64,000 nt of DNA from Carpediemonas membranifera BICM (taxonomy: Eukaryota > Protista > Fornicata): NCBI GenBank assembly GCA_019828565.1, contig JAHDYR010000012.1, positions 1,545,780 through 1,609,779 on the forward strand. Direction: 5' to 3'. Positions 22,801 through 35,936 of this stretch are shown piece after piece. Every line of letters begins with the position of its first letter. Position 1 is the first letter of the stretch. Below the pieces are notes generated by a model. The model was not told the origin of the DNA, searched no databases, and saw only the letters and a program-made list of their open reading frames with translations. The translations under genes were made by a program, and so were the position numbers.

Positions 22801-24788
22801 CGTGGCAGATTTTATCCCTGACTGCCAGCGCATCCTAGCGCCCATCAATGGCCTCCTCCGCAAGGACGCCAAGGTCGTGTGGACTTCAGCACACCAAGAG
22901 GCTATCGCGGCTGTTCTGACACAGCTCGCCTCTGAGGAGTCACTCGCCATACCAGACCTCTCCAAACCCTGGCGCCTCGAGACGGACGCTAGTCTCCTCG
23001 GCCTAGGCGGCATACTGCTACAACAGCAAACGCCCACAGACTGGAGAGTCGTCGCCTACTTCTCCAAGGCGTTCTCGGACGTTCAACAAAGATGGAGCAC
23101 CTACGACCAGGAGATGTATGCTCTGATATACTGTCTGACACGTCCTGACATGTACTCTCCCTTCCTGGGCCACCCCGATCTGACCGTGTTCACCGACCAT
23201 AAGAATCTGATGGCACTCCACCGCATGGCCGCTCACAATCGGAAGCATCGCCGATGGCTACTGTCGTTCTTGGAGTTCAGACTCAAGATCCACCACGTCC
23301 CGGGCGAGTCCAACGTCACGGCCGACTTCTTAAGCCGTTTCCCTTTCCAGATCCGCCCCGCAGAGATCGCCGAGGTCACGGCTAACACGCTAGAGTCGAG
23401 AGTGCTCGCCTCTCAGAAGGAGCACGCTGACGAGAGACCCTCCAAGCACACCATCGTCAACGGTGTCGTCAAGTATCACGGTCGCACATTCGTACCCGCC
23501 GACGCGCGTCGCGACGTCCTAGCCGAGGCCCACCGGCTGCACTTGGGCGTCAAGAAGACCGCTCAGGCCGTGCGTGACTTGGGTTACGACTGGCCACAGC
23601 TCGAACACACCGTATCCGACCTGATCAACGCCTGTTTGATCTGTCAGAAGACCCGTCTGGCGAACTTCATCAAGCTGAAGATGGGCGCGACCCCGAGCAG
23701 CACACCATTCGAACGCGTAGCCGTCGACACGCTCGGCCCCATCTCAGAGGACTCGGCCGGCAACCGGTATGTCGTCGTGATTACTGACACATTCACGCAC
23801 TTTACTGAGCTCGTGCCAGCCCCCTCGAACAATGCAGACGCGGCTGCCGCCGCTATCTGGGCGTCTATCTGCCGCCACGGCATCCCGGCCATCCTGCACA
23901 CAGACGGAGGCCCGGAATACGCCAACCGTATCATCACCGCTCTAACCGAGCGCTTATCGGTCACACACCACCGGACCACGCCTTTCCATCCGCAGTCGAA
24001 CGGTCACGTCGAACGCGTCAATCGCGAAATCAAGCGCCACCTACGTACCCTAGCGCTGGCATTTAACTCCTTCGACGCATGGTCCACGACCCTACTGCCA
24101 TATGTCGCGTGGATAATCAACAGCACGGTTCACAGCGCGACGGGGTTCACCCCGTTCGAGCTACTCTACGGCACACACGCTGCCGACCGGCAGATACCCC
24201 AGCCAGACAACAACGCCGAGGACGAGACCCCGCTTACCTCTGTCGCCGAATACCTCACCGTCATGGACGCGCTCCTGGCCAAGCTCTGCCGCAAGGCTCA
24301 CAAACGCCAGTCCAAGACTCGTGAGGGGAGGGCAGAGACGCAGTCTGTTCCAGTCAAGCCCGGTGATTACGTCTTGCGCAAGAACCACGCTGAAAGCAAG
24401 CTCCACGGCCACACCGGACCGTTCAAGGTCATTGAGGTCAACCCGTTCACGGCAGTCGTCGTACCGCTCCTCGCCAACGAACCGCGACGCACAGTCCACC
24501 TGTCCCACCTCATTCCGCTCAAGTCCGACCTCTCTGAGGGCGAGCTCGCCTACTTCGCCGCTACAGACCAAGAGGAATGGTACGTTGAACGGATCGTCAA
24601 GTCCAAGCCCGGCTTCCTGCGCGTCAAGTGGCTCGGTAGCTCCGAGCTGTCCTGGGAGCCCATCGACGCCGTCCGCCACACTCCCGCCGCCAAGAAGTTC
24701 TTAGCCGCTCACCCCGAGCTGCTCAGGGAGGGCAGTGACGCATCACCTGATTAAAACGAATTCTCGAATACCCGTCGTTTACGCCACA
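19857..24788 (+). mobile_element. Full-length Ty3/gypsy chromodomain LTR retrotransposon E4 (53-bp LTRs)
   Basis: Identical LTRs at 19857-19909 and 24736-24788. TSD TAGG at 19853-19856 and 24789-24792. PPT AGGGAGGGCAG. Confidence 0.97.
19927..24754 (+). CDS. gag-pol: Gag-Pol polyprotein of E4 (probably a single ORF; gag frameshifts at C-runs)
   Basis: CDYHGYNSSHVTQAC, LDPAA protease, APFGLKN, YIDD, ETDAS, TDGGPEY, QSNGHVERVN, RVKWLGS..SWEP. The ORF reads through the PPT and stops inside the 3' LTR. Confidence 0.92.
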
Positions 24789-24841
24789 TAGGCATCAGTT
24801 TCACCAGTATTTGCTCCTATCTCGAGCTCAGCAAGGAGAAA

Positions 24842-27798
24842 CTACCGACTTGCGCTACTCGCGTTGGAGTGCGAATTCCATAGCAAGCAACGGAAGAATT
24901 CGCTGCATATTAGGTGTTAAGCATGATCACCTCCCTCACTGCCGAAATACTGCAGAATTTTGAACGGAAAGGCTAGCACACCTCTTTCTTTCTCCTGAAT
25001 CGCCAGAACTTCGTCCATCCGAACCAGCATGATACTACCGCAAAGCTTATTGGCAGTTATATAACTGTGGCAGCACGGAGGAGACAAAGATGAGATCACC
25101 TCCCTGTTTCACAGTGCAGGTCTCTCAGACGCCGCAGACCACTCGTCTTGTACCGCTGGATGTCATATGAACTTGCTTACCCGCCGTTTGAGGCATATCA
25201 TTGGTGCAATTCACCTGCGGTCAACAATGGTCAAATGTCGCGTCAGACCTCTCATAAATCTGTTATAGGGCTTCTCGTCACGCTAGAATGCGTTAGAATG
25301 ACTTAGTTCCTTCTGTAGACCGTAGATATCAGAAGATTCGGCCATCGAATCTAAGAATCTATAAAGATTCGGTCGATCGAACATGGTCACAGACACGTCA
25401 GCTCGCTGTAGGGGGAACGAACCCTCGTCGTGGTACCCCGTTGCTGCTTGCGTGGCGAGGAAGGTGAGGAAAATGGTGAGAGCTAGATGAGCTCGATGCG
25501 GCGCTCGTCGTGGAACGACGCCGCTGGAACGACGGTTATATCACTTGAAGAGAGCAGCCAACGCAGCCACTCGTTGTATCAAGGCATTATTACGCTCCTG
25601 GACCAGCACAATGGCTCGTCGTGGCATGAAACAGCGAAATTGTCCGTAAGATCGCTAGTACCACACGAAAAGTCGTCGGAGCATGGACATAGCAGCTAAT
25701 TTCAGCTGTTCGCATATAAACTAAGCATTTTCAAGGGGAAAATCCCACTTAGCTGCAAGCAAAGCCGCTATTTGGTTGAAACGAACATGTGTCCGCTCAG
25801 CTGATCAATCTGGGGCAAATTGAACATCGCGGGGCAAAATGGCTCTAGCCATCCCAAGTCTTCGCTCGAGAGGTTAGGTCACTCACTCGGGCTTCAATCA
25901 AAAGATTGAGGGATTTTCTACCTCGCTCGGTCATTACAAGGGGACACCATCATGGCTATCCGTCCTCCTCGTGTCTGGAGCTCGCCCCCCTCTGTGCAAG
26001 TCTTCCTGAATCGTCGCGTTGCGCTTAGCTAGCGATCGATCGATTTTCGCACTCGTTGTGGGAGCGGACTTCATTCAGCGCCGTCAGTTTCGCACAGCTC
26101 TACTATTATACGTCACCAGGTGTTGTCTCACGTCGTTTCTACGCCGTATAGTCCCCAGGCGCACTTCTTCGACGGAACCATGATGAACAGAGCTACCGAC
26201 TTGCGCTACTCGCGTTGGAGTGCGAATTCCATAGCAAGCAACGGAAGAATTCGCTGCATATTAGGTGTTAAGCATGATCACCTCCCTCACTGCCGAAATA
26301 CTGCAGAATTTTGAACGGAAAGGCTAGCACACCTCTTTCTTTCTCCTGAATCGCCAGAACTTCGTCCATCCGAACCAGCATGATACTACCGCAAAGCTTA
26401 TTGGCAGTTATATAACTGTGGCAGCACGGAGGAGACAAAGATGAGATCACCTCCCTGTTTCACAGTGCAGGTCTCTCAGACGCCGCAGACCACTCGTCTT
26501 GTACCGCTGGATGTCATATGAACTTGCTTACCCGCCGTTTGAGGCATATCATTGGTGCAATTCACCTGCGGTCAACAATGGTCAAATGTCGCGTCAGACC
26601 TCTCATAAATCTGTTATAGGGCTTCTCGTCACGCTAGAATGCGTTAGAATGACTTAGTTCCTTCTGTAGACCGTAGATATCAGAAGATTCGGCCATCGAA
26701 TCTAAGAATCTATAAAGATTCGGTCGATCGAACATGGTCACAGACACGTCAGCTCGCTGTAGGGGGAACGAACCCTCGTCGTGGTACCCCGTTGCTGCTT
26801 GCGTGGCGAGGAAGGTGAGGAAAATGGTGAGAGCTAGATGAGCTCGATGCGGCGCTCGTCGTGGAACGACGCCGCTGGAACGACGGTTATATCACTTGAA
26901 GAGAGCAGCCAACGCAGCCACTCGTTGTATCAAGGCATTATTACGCTCCTGGACCAGCACAATGGCTCGTCGTGGCATGAAACAGCGAAATTGTCCGTAA
27001 GATCGCTAGTACCACACGAAAAGTCGTCGGAGCATGGACATAGCAGCTAATTTCAGCTGTTCGCATATAAACTAAGCATTTTCAAGGGGAAAATCCCACT
27101 TAGCTGCAAGCAAAGCCGCTATTTGGTTGAAACGAACATGTGTCCGCTCAGCTGATCAATCTGGGGCAAATTGAACATCGCGGGGCAAAATGGCTCTAGC
27201 CATCCCAAGTCTTCGCTCGAGAGGTTAGGTCACTCACTCGGGCTTCAATCAAAAGATTGAGGGATTTTCTACCTCGCTCGGTCATTACAAGGGGACACCA
27301 TCATGGCTATCCGTCCTCCTCGTGTCTGGAGCTCGCCCCCCTCTGTGCAAGTCTTCCTGAATCGTCGCGTTGCGCTTAGCTAGCGATCGATCGATTTTCG
27401 CACTCGTTGTGGGAGCGGACTTCATTCAGCGCCGTCAGTTTCGCACAGCTCTACTATTATACGTCACCAGGTGTTGTCTCACGTCGTTTCTACGCCGTAT
27501 AGTCCCCAGGCGCACTTCTTCGACGGAACCATGATGAACAGAGCTACCGACTTGCGCTACTCGCGTTGGAGTGCGAATTCCATAGCAAGCAACGGAAGAA
27601 TTCGCTGCATATTAGGTGTTAAGCATGATCACCTCCCTCACTGCCGAAATACTGCAGAATTTTGAACGGAAAGGCTAGCACACCTCTTTCTTTCTCCTGA
27701 ATCGCCAGAACTTCGTCCATCCGAACCAGCATGATACTACCGCAAAGCTTATTGGCAGTTATATAACTGTGGCAGCACGGAGGAGACAAAGATGAGAT
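24842..27798. repeat. Tandem array of a 1351-bp unit, about 2.2 copies (A255-B1096-A-B-A)
   Basis: Identical ORFs recur at +1351 offsets (24917/26268/27619 and 25487/26838). The unit starts CTACCGACTTGCG at 24842, 26193 and 27544. Confidence 0.95.
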
Positions 27799-27834
27799 TC
27801 TATTTACCATAAACTGCACTGACTAGAGAACCTG

Positions 27835-28461
27835 TTGCCACAGAAACGCGATGAACTCCGCGAGAAATTGCTGAAGCAGTTTAGGAACTTGGACAAGGAT
27901 GCTCTCAGTGACTTTCTCGACCCGGGTGAGATTCAGGAGCTCTATGCCGCTGGCTTGAAGTCCTTCAAGGCCAAAGAGCGTAAGAAGTCGGCCCATGACA
28001 GTCGCGCCGACATCAACAAGGCTACGCAGCGGTTCGCTGACAACCACAGCAAGGTGGCGGTCGTCCTCGAGCGAATTGAGGCGATGGTTGGCACTGAGTC
28101 TCGTGCGGGCAGAGTTCGGATGCGTCAGGGAGACTTGGAGCACATGACTGTGTCCAGCCTGAGCTTGCTGTCCCAGTACATCATCACGCGCAAGGATTAC
28201 GACACCACTTGCGATGTATTCCATGAGCCTGCTCGCTTCGTCGCCAAGAGAGCACGTGCCCAAATGGAGAAGCTGACAAGAGAGATCTCATTGCTGAAAA
28301 TGCAGCTGAAGAAAGCAAAGAGTGAGCTTCAGGATGTGCACAACCTCAGCATGTCGTTACCTTGCAGCCCCATCCCGCCACAGTCTGGCACGCTCTCCAG
28401 GACTTCCTGCCCCAGACGCGCTACGAACGAGCCCGAGGCCTCCATACCCTCCTCGAGCTGA
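27835..28461 (+). pseudogene. Helical/coiled-coil hypothetical protein fragment
   Basis: 208-codon open frame without a clear ATG. Its 3' end overlaps the gag fragment on the other strand. Confidence 0.3.
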
Positions 28462-28848
28462 TCCATACGCTTCTTCCCTTCTTCCAAGGGGTCTTGATCA
28501 GGCTTTGGCTTCTTGAGCGTGTAAGGCTCGGCCTCCGTTGAGAGGAACGTCAGGAGATCCGTGTGCGTCCGGAACCTGCGGGCGGCGGAGCCATCTAGTG
28601 GCAAATACGCGGCTTCCTTACTACGCAGTAGCGTTGTAAAGAAGTCACGGTGTGCGGGCGTAAACAGGCTTGCCACAGGACACAGAATGTCCTCGGCTTG
28701 TAGGTAGTGCTGCAGCGACTCTACAAAACCATTCCAGACGGACAAGTCATCTGAATTGGGCAAGAGTGGTTTCATTGTTGTAGGCTCAACAATCTTGTGT
28801 GGCGTTAACTGAATGAAACTTCCAGAGGTGCACTTTACGTCACTCACA
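28329..28848 (-). mobile_element. gag: Truncated element F: 51-bp 5' LTR (28798-28848) plus gag N-terminus, related to E5
   Basis: LLTFLSTEAEPYTLK matches E5 gag FMTYLLIEAEPYLIK. The LTR shares TAAAGTGCACC with the E5 LTR. F abuts and truncates the 5' LTR of D. Confidence 0.7.
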
Positions 28849-28954
28849 CATTGCTCTTCTTCCCATCCTGACCTGTGGGGACTATCACAGTAATATTACT
28901 GTCGACAGTTTGTCACCCACACAGGTAAGCAACAGAGAGAGCTTTCCAGACTAG

Positions 28955-31900
28955 TGTTGCCGAATATGACTAACTATCGGAGGGGTGCACTTTATGGATT
29001 GCTACAGTCCCCCCAGTGGCCAGGGGCCTACTGACGGTGGGACCGGCGGCGTTGCTTCGCCTCGAAGTCGCGACACACCTTGTCGAAGTTGGGGTTCTGG
29101 TCACGATACTTGGCGAGAGCATCAAGTGTGGCGATAGTGGTCAGTCTGAGCTCGGTGTCCTCAGCGGGATCATATCCAAGCCAGTGTACGGTGCAGAGGG
29201 GCTCACCAGTGTGGGAGTCTGTCACCCAGGACACAATGCGCTCAACAGTCTTGTTCTGGCTGTCGATCTCGAACAGCTTCCTGCCTTCAGCCTTGCTCAT
29301 CTCGCGTTGGATCTTGGCAAGACGGCTATAGTGTCTTGTAATGACCACGTTAGTGGATGGGTTCACCAGGTCGGCGGTCTGGTTCTCGGGATGGACCGAC
29401 TGGACGTAGTAGGGGCCTCTCATGGTAAACTCGAGGCGGGGAACGGGCGGATCACGGGCGACCAGCACCCAGTTGCCCACGTGAAGGTCCTGGGACCCAA
29501 TGATAGGGAACAGCTTGCTCTTTCTCTCCCCCCTAAGGACTTGTGCAGTCTTGATCTTGGCAAGGGTTGCTGCTGCCTGTTCTTGGGTTTCAGTGGTGAT
29601 GGGCTGAGAAGAGGAGGGCTCTCCGCGCTTGACTTGGTGATACGCCAGGGCTGCAGATAGTGCAGCTTCGCGCGGAGTTGCACCGCCTAATGCAGAGGAC
29701 GGTGTTGCGTTGATGTTCTGTTCTGCTTGTGCCAGGGCGTTGCGCCATGCTGTGCGCTTGCAGTCAAGGAGTGCGCTCACTGAAATCTTCAAGTGGCGAT
29801 TCACGTCTCTATTATTACCTTACCTTACCAGCGGGTGGCCGTCCTGGGTGATGACTGCACCGATTCCATGAGTTGAGGCGTCGGTGTGCAGGTCCACTCT
29901 AGAGTTGGGGTTGAAGTGGTACAGCTTAATGTTGGTCTGGGCAGCCTGGAGCAGCGCGTGGAATGACTGTTGGATGTCACTCTGCTCGACGAGCTCTCCC
30001 TTCTTCAAGCGTTCGATGGGGTCCACTTTCTCGACGAAGTCCGGGATATGAGCCCTGATAAAGCCAAAGATCCCGAGGATGTGAGCCGCGTCTGCCTTGT
30101 TCTTGGGAGCCTGGAGTTGCTCGAGAGACTGGAGCCTGTCAGGATCGATTCTGACTCCGTTTCCGTCGACGATTGAGCCCAGGTACTTCACGAAGCGTCG
30201 GCCGATGTGGGTCTTCTTACCCGATAAGCGAATGCGGTGCTCGGCCAGGGCTGGACCCAGGGCTTCCAGGTTTTCGAGCAGCTCCTCAGCCGATGAGGCG
30301 TATACGAGGAGGTCATCCACGAAGGCGAGGCACTTCTTGAGGCCCCTGTTGCGCCTAAGGTCGTCGATCCGCTTCTGAAAGAGGGTGGGGCCGTTCATGA
30401 CCCCGAATGGGAGCCGCTTGAAGACATAGGTCTTCTGGCGATGCTCGAACCCAGTCAGGAGTGCTGCTGCTGCCGTGAGCGGGAGCTGATGGAACCCTGA
30501 CACGAGGTCAAACACTGCGAAGTGTGTCGCTCCCCGGCACTGGTCGTAGAGCTCGCTGGCCGTGGGCATGTGGTAATGCTCCACAAGCGTGGCTGCGTTG
30601 AGCATGCGATAGTCTAGGACGGCCCTGAAGGGCGGGTCGGAGCCAGGCTTAGGCGTCATAAAAGCCGGCGATAGCCACTCCAGGCCGTCCTGCTCAGCGA
30701 TAATGTTGTTCGCGAGCATCTCTCGGACGAACTGATCCATCGCTGCCAGGTGCCCCTTGTTTCTCATGGGCCGGGTGACGCTAACGGGTACTTTGCCCGG
30801 CTTGAGGCGGATCTCCATCGGCTGGAGCTTGGCTCCCTCTGGGTGCAACGCCGAGAATAGCTCTTGGTTGCGGTCGATCCAGGCGTGGATAGCTGGGGCC
30901 ACGTCTCCGAGGTCGTCATCGTAGACGGTCGGCATAGTGCCCGCAGGGCCTGTGTATAAGTTGGCGAGATCCCTGAGATCAGCAGGCTCCCGCGCCATTG
31001 GCTCTTCTTGTTCCGGAGTCGCCCTATTGGTAGCGAACTCCAAGCCCACCGCTCTGAGTGCGGCCTCACCGAGTATCATTGCCATAGGCAGGTCAGGCAC
31101 GACGTAGCCCTTGAGGGGCTTGGCCGGGCGGACGGGGAAGTCGAAGTAGGGTTGGGACACGAGCGGGGTGAACTCGACGATTCCAGTGTATGCCCCGTGC
31201 ACGTCTCTCCACCCGTTGACTGGGCCGGTAGCGGCCCTGGGCACTAGCTGTAGTTGAGAGACTGCATCTGGGCGCAGCAAGATGGGGTACTGGAGTGCAG
31301 CTGTGTCTAGACGCGCGACCAGCTGTGGGCTGTCACGAGCGGCCTGCACGATGGCTTGGTAGCCTCTGCGGTCCGGCAGATCAGTCATGAGCGGTTCCAC
31401 TTGGACAGTGAAGGGTGCGTTGGGACGCCGGTTGCGCTTAGCTGCCCCAGCCGGTGTGTCATAGCTCGGGTCGGGGATGTTCCGAGCGCTCTGGAGCTTT
31501 CTGACTGCTGGCATGGGGGCCTTCCCCAGCGCGTGAGCGCACCGGAGGTGTCGGACGATCATCTCGTTGTTAAAGTCTGCGGGACTGTTGACCAGGGTAT
31601 GATGGCTTCGGCAGTCCGCGGTGCTGTGATCTGATACATGATGGAGTTCGCAGTACCTCTTGGACTTGTCCTCCTGCCCGGTGATGACGTTGTTGCCGGG
31701 AGTCTTGGAGTTCTTGGGGGCCTTAAGGGATCCCTTGTCCGAGGAGGCCTTGCTGACCGCCTTGACGAATGCTGACGTTTTGAAGTGGGCCTCGATGCGG
31801 AGGTACGTACTGTACCTACCTTACAGGTACGGAACTTGGCCACGTTAGTCCTGACGGTCCTGAGGATAGTTGAGACTGGGGTATCGTTTGTGAGCAGCGT

Positions 31901-32763
31901 GGAATAACCATGCCCTAGGCAGAGCTCGTAATCAACCTCATTCGGGAGGGATAAACCCGAGTGCAGGACCTTCTTCAGGTCTCGGTTGGGCCCGACCTTG
32001 ATGTCAGGAACACCTCCGTCCTTAATAGGGTAGAGGTTTGTGATCACTGTCTCGTAACTTGCGACGTACCGGAGGGCATCTTCCGCAATCTCTAGGGGGG
32101 TCCCCTCGGAGATGACTGGGGGGAGCTGGCGGATATACTCGATTTTCTGTAGATCGTCATACCCTAGGGTGAGCTGCAGCCAGGCTAGGAAGTTGTCCGC
32201 CTGGCACGAGAGAGCCTTCGTCCGGGACTCATATGCAGGGGGTGGGGTCTCTGAGCCCTCGAGTTGTGTGGCCTCCTCTTCAAGGAGGGCCAGGAGCTTT
32301 GCCTGCGCCTTGTCCCGCCGGGCGGCGTCTGCGTCCGACAGAGCCTTCTTTGACTCCATGTTGTTGAGAAGGTTGACTTGGGCTGTGAGGTTCGCGATGA
32401 GCTGTTTCTCACTAGGGGGCTTCGTTGAGTCCCCGGTTCCCAGGACTGGGCGGGCCTTAATAAGGTACGGCTCTGCCTCAATGAGGAGGTATGTCATGAA
32501 CTCCCTGCATTGGGGGAACTCATGCAGTTCGCCGTCGAGCCCACGGAACTTGATCTCGGGCTTGTAGTTCTTTAGGAAGAACTCTTTCGGCTTTTCGGCA
32601 GTTTCGTTGGATAGCTTGATTGCCTCCACGAACTTCGCCCATTCCACTAAGTTTGTGGTAATTGGGGCGGCTAAAGGTAGTGTTGTCATAATGAATGGCG
32701 GCAGAAGCTTCTGTTGCCGAATATGACTAACTATCGGAGGGGTGCACTTTATGGATTGCTACA
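28955..32763 (-). mobile_element. Ty3/gypsy chromodomain LTR retrotransposon E5 (52-bp LTRs), internally deleted
   Basis: Identical LTRs at 28955-29006 and 32712-32763, TSD CTAG, PPT TGGGGGGAC. Most of RNase H and the integrase N-terminus/core are missing at ~29820. Confidence 0.95.
29028..32689 (-). pseudogene. gag-pol: gag-pol of E5
   Basis: Gag, CELHHVSDHSTADC (after an ~20-nt insertion at 31807-31826), LDTAA, LPFGVMN, FVDD, HTDAS, then a junction to NRDVNRHLK and chromodomain VHWLGY. Confidence 0.9.
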
Positions 32764-35700
32764 CTAGGATCTGTCCGAAGCCATCGCACCTTCATTCAAT
32801 TCAACTAACTAATTCCGCCGCAGCTTCGACACCTTGCAAGATTCCGTTATCAGTGATGGTCATAGACGTATGACTACCCACTATGATGCAACTGAAACCT
32901 CTCAACCATCATCCCCTTCTCATTCATTCACGCTTTCGAGAGACATTTCGTTTCGCAAGATATCAACCTCTGGCACAGCCAGGGACCACAACGCGGTCCC
33001 AAGACGCTCCAGACGACCACATTGGTACTATCAGTGAGCTGATGCAGACACTTTGCCTCTCATCAATTGATCACCATTCACCGCTGTCGTTCCAATTCCT
33101 TCCCCTACCATCACTAGTTCCTTGCTTCGCTTCCAGAGCCTCAATACGCTGTGATAGCACGTTATCTTCCTCATTCGGCGATCGTAACCAAGTATGCTCC
33201 TTCAATTCAACGGTCTCCGGGACAACTTGCCGATAATCGCTCGCTATCTCATCTACAACTGCTATTCATACGCATTTGCGCACTATTCCTCAGTAGTTCC
33301 CCAATTTGTGGCATTCAACCATCGAGCTCTCTTCATCGGCCTCAAGCTTCATCACCATCGGGACCACGTTCACTTACACGAGTCCTAAGGACGAATGCAG
33401 TGTAATCCGTGATTCCCAGGTACGTATGCTGGCATTTTGCTCCACAAGCCGCGCGTGTCTTCTCAATTTCACCGCCTAGTGTTTTGTGCCGCCTGCTGCC
33501 CGACGTCGCCATGAGTTCGCCCATGTCCACATCAACTACCACGCGCTTCCTTGGTCCTACCACTTGTATTCATCAACAGAAAGGCCAATCCATGAGTGCC
33601 TGCTGCATACAAGCCCGCGCCATTTGGAGGTCCGTCTCTGCTGAATCTCGGGAACACCCTCTCCTTCCAACCGTCATATCTTCGACGGTACTCAATTTCC
33701 AACCGTTCTGACAAGTCCTACGAGCGCCCCAACACCTGGCCTGGGTGGGCAGAGTCACGCGATGCAAGGTCAGCAGTCAGTGTTGACTTATGATGACTTC
33801 TACCCACTCTGCTGGACACTTACGCTACCCTCGAGCTGCTCATGCAGCTGTAAGATGCGCTGCTGTGCGATCGGACGGAATGACGCCCGATCAACATGAT
33901 ACTGGCAAGGTATCGATTCACTCACATCAATTGATGACTTACGCCTAGTTCGATCATGTATGGCCACGCGTGAGTCCCAGTCGCTCCACTACAGACCGCA
34001 ACCCCATCCTACACGCCCTAATGGCACTGCCTGATGTCAAACCAATGACATCATATCTGATTCAGTCATCGGTGTGCAAATTCTGGGATCCGAGTCCGCC
34101 TGTCCCTGGTGGGCAGAACCATCATGCGACTCACCTGGCCTATCCATTGGACACCTCACACCGGTCAAACCAAGGACATCCCTCGTCGGAACACCATCCA
34201 ACGATGGGCAGATCGACCGCCTCTCCAGGCGCAGTACCCGGAAGACACCTTGTCTCCGACGCTCGCCCAGCTACCACAATGGCCAGGCTCGCCTCACGCC
34301 CCGCGTTCCGAGCGGGACGGAGTTGAGCATGCCGACTCAGTCGACCTTGATGGCGACAGACACGTGCTGGCCATGTCCGCCAGGCAGCCGCCTGTACCAC
34401 GCCCGGGCGGAGTGACCGGATTTATCCAGTCGACCATGCCCGTGGCGACCCGGCACATCCTCTCGACCCCACGTCCATCTCCTGGGGCACGGACGCAATT
34501 AGCTAATGATCCACGCAGCGAACAACCGTTCCACAGTCGACTTGCACCATGCAGTCGCCCGGACTCACGCGCCGGCGGCAACCAACACGACTGGACACAT
34601 CGCTGCCCCGTTTGCCCGCGTCGAAGTGCCCACACTCGCCTGTCAGACCCCGCTCGCCAGCCTGCAGCACGGCGACACTTAGCCTGACCTTCTCCACGTC
34701 CGCTGATGCATGTCCGCTCTCATTGCACCGTCAATGTGGAGTTTGGCGGAGTGTGTCGGCTGGGCCTCATTCAGTTGACCCAGTCGACGGCAGACCAGTC
34801 CACGCCTATGGAAGGCATAGTCACCTGTCACGTGACATCGGGACACGTCAGCACATGCTCCGGCCTGCCTAATGTCGGCAATCTCCACGACGCCTGCTCA
34901 CCTGAGCCACTCTTAATCAGCTAATCCTCACTGCTCCTCCCTCCACATGAAGTGGCCCCCAGTTTCCTCGCCCTTGTTTCAGCTTGGGTGATGACTGCCG
35001 GTTAGGGCAGCGCGCGTCCCGTTTCACCCAGACGATAACTGCCCCAAATCCGGCCCGGCCGCTCGCGCCATGGCGCAGCTCACCCGCCACGCTTCTGCCT
35101 CATTGCCAGTCCTCGACTCGCCCTTGTCTTACCCTGGGTGGCGAGGGGCCGGCCCTGCCTCTCCCATGACTGGGACAGCCAGAACACAGCAGCCGCCACG
35201 TACTCCCTTCTGACACCTCGATGCTTGTCGACTCGACTAGAACGACGCGCGTTTCACCGCCGTCAACGGTCATTCTCATCAGCCCAGTTTCCGAGTACTT
35301 ATCACCTCCGATGTGCTATACGTCCTATACGTCTCAGCTGTCGCTGTCGACAACATAATTCGCTTCGAACTCACGCATGTGAATCTTATCGAACGTCGAC
35401 TGATGGCACAATACCCGCTTCCGGAGTCCGCCCCGTTCTCATTAAGGTGGGGTAGAGTGCAGCACCCATGTGCAGCCGTCACGGCAACCATGACCGCAGC
35501 ATTTCCTGCCACTGAGAATCCTCATTCCCGTGTTCCTTCGCCGATCGGCGCTTCAGTCTCATGCTAAGCCATCTCAGGTCCCGCTCGAAGATGCCACACC
35601 TCGCACCACCACCGTTTGCCGCGTTTCCCCTGCTTGATTTGACTTGGCGCATCGCCTTGGACGAGATCTCCGTCCAGTATCCTTCGCCCTCTCGGGTCCA

Positions 35701-35936
35701 TCAGCAGCCGGATGTCGCGCATCCTCCATTTCATATCTGCCATATCTCTTTGATCTCTCGCAGACCGCTTACAGTATACCTTGTCTCGGATATTACACTC
35801 CCGACTTCCAGTTTCCAGTACAGGCGTTGAGCGTGGGGGCAGTGTAGTGGTCCAAGACCCATCAAAAGATTATCGTGCAGTTTATGTAAACAGTCCATTG
35901 CTCTTCTTCCCATCCTGACCTGTGGGGACTATCACA

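Larger units (their letters stand above)
28849..35936 (+). mobile_element. Non-autonomous LTR element D (no gag/pol), with E5 nested inside
   Basis: The last 41 bp of the LTR at 28849-28889 are identical to 35896-35936. Full 94-bp LTR at 35843-35936 follows PPT GTGGGGGCAG. A palindrome follows the 5' LTR. About 3.1 kb of internal DNA shows no retroviral ORFs. Confidence 0.78.

Noticed and set aside
16409-25100. TAG-to-Gln alternative genetic code suggested by several in-frame TAGs
   Set aside because: Intact host genes end in TAA or TAG (PPDK, epimerase, PSD), and the affected ORFs also carry TGA stops and frameshifts, which indicates decay.
29810-29830. 20-nt GT..AG intron at the E5 junction (and a 15-nt one near 31810)
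   Set aside because: Removal does not restore the needed frame or the missing domains, and the 20-nt one lacks the branch-point pattern. Treated as filler.
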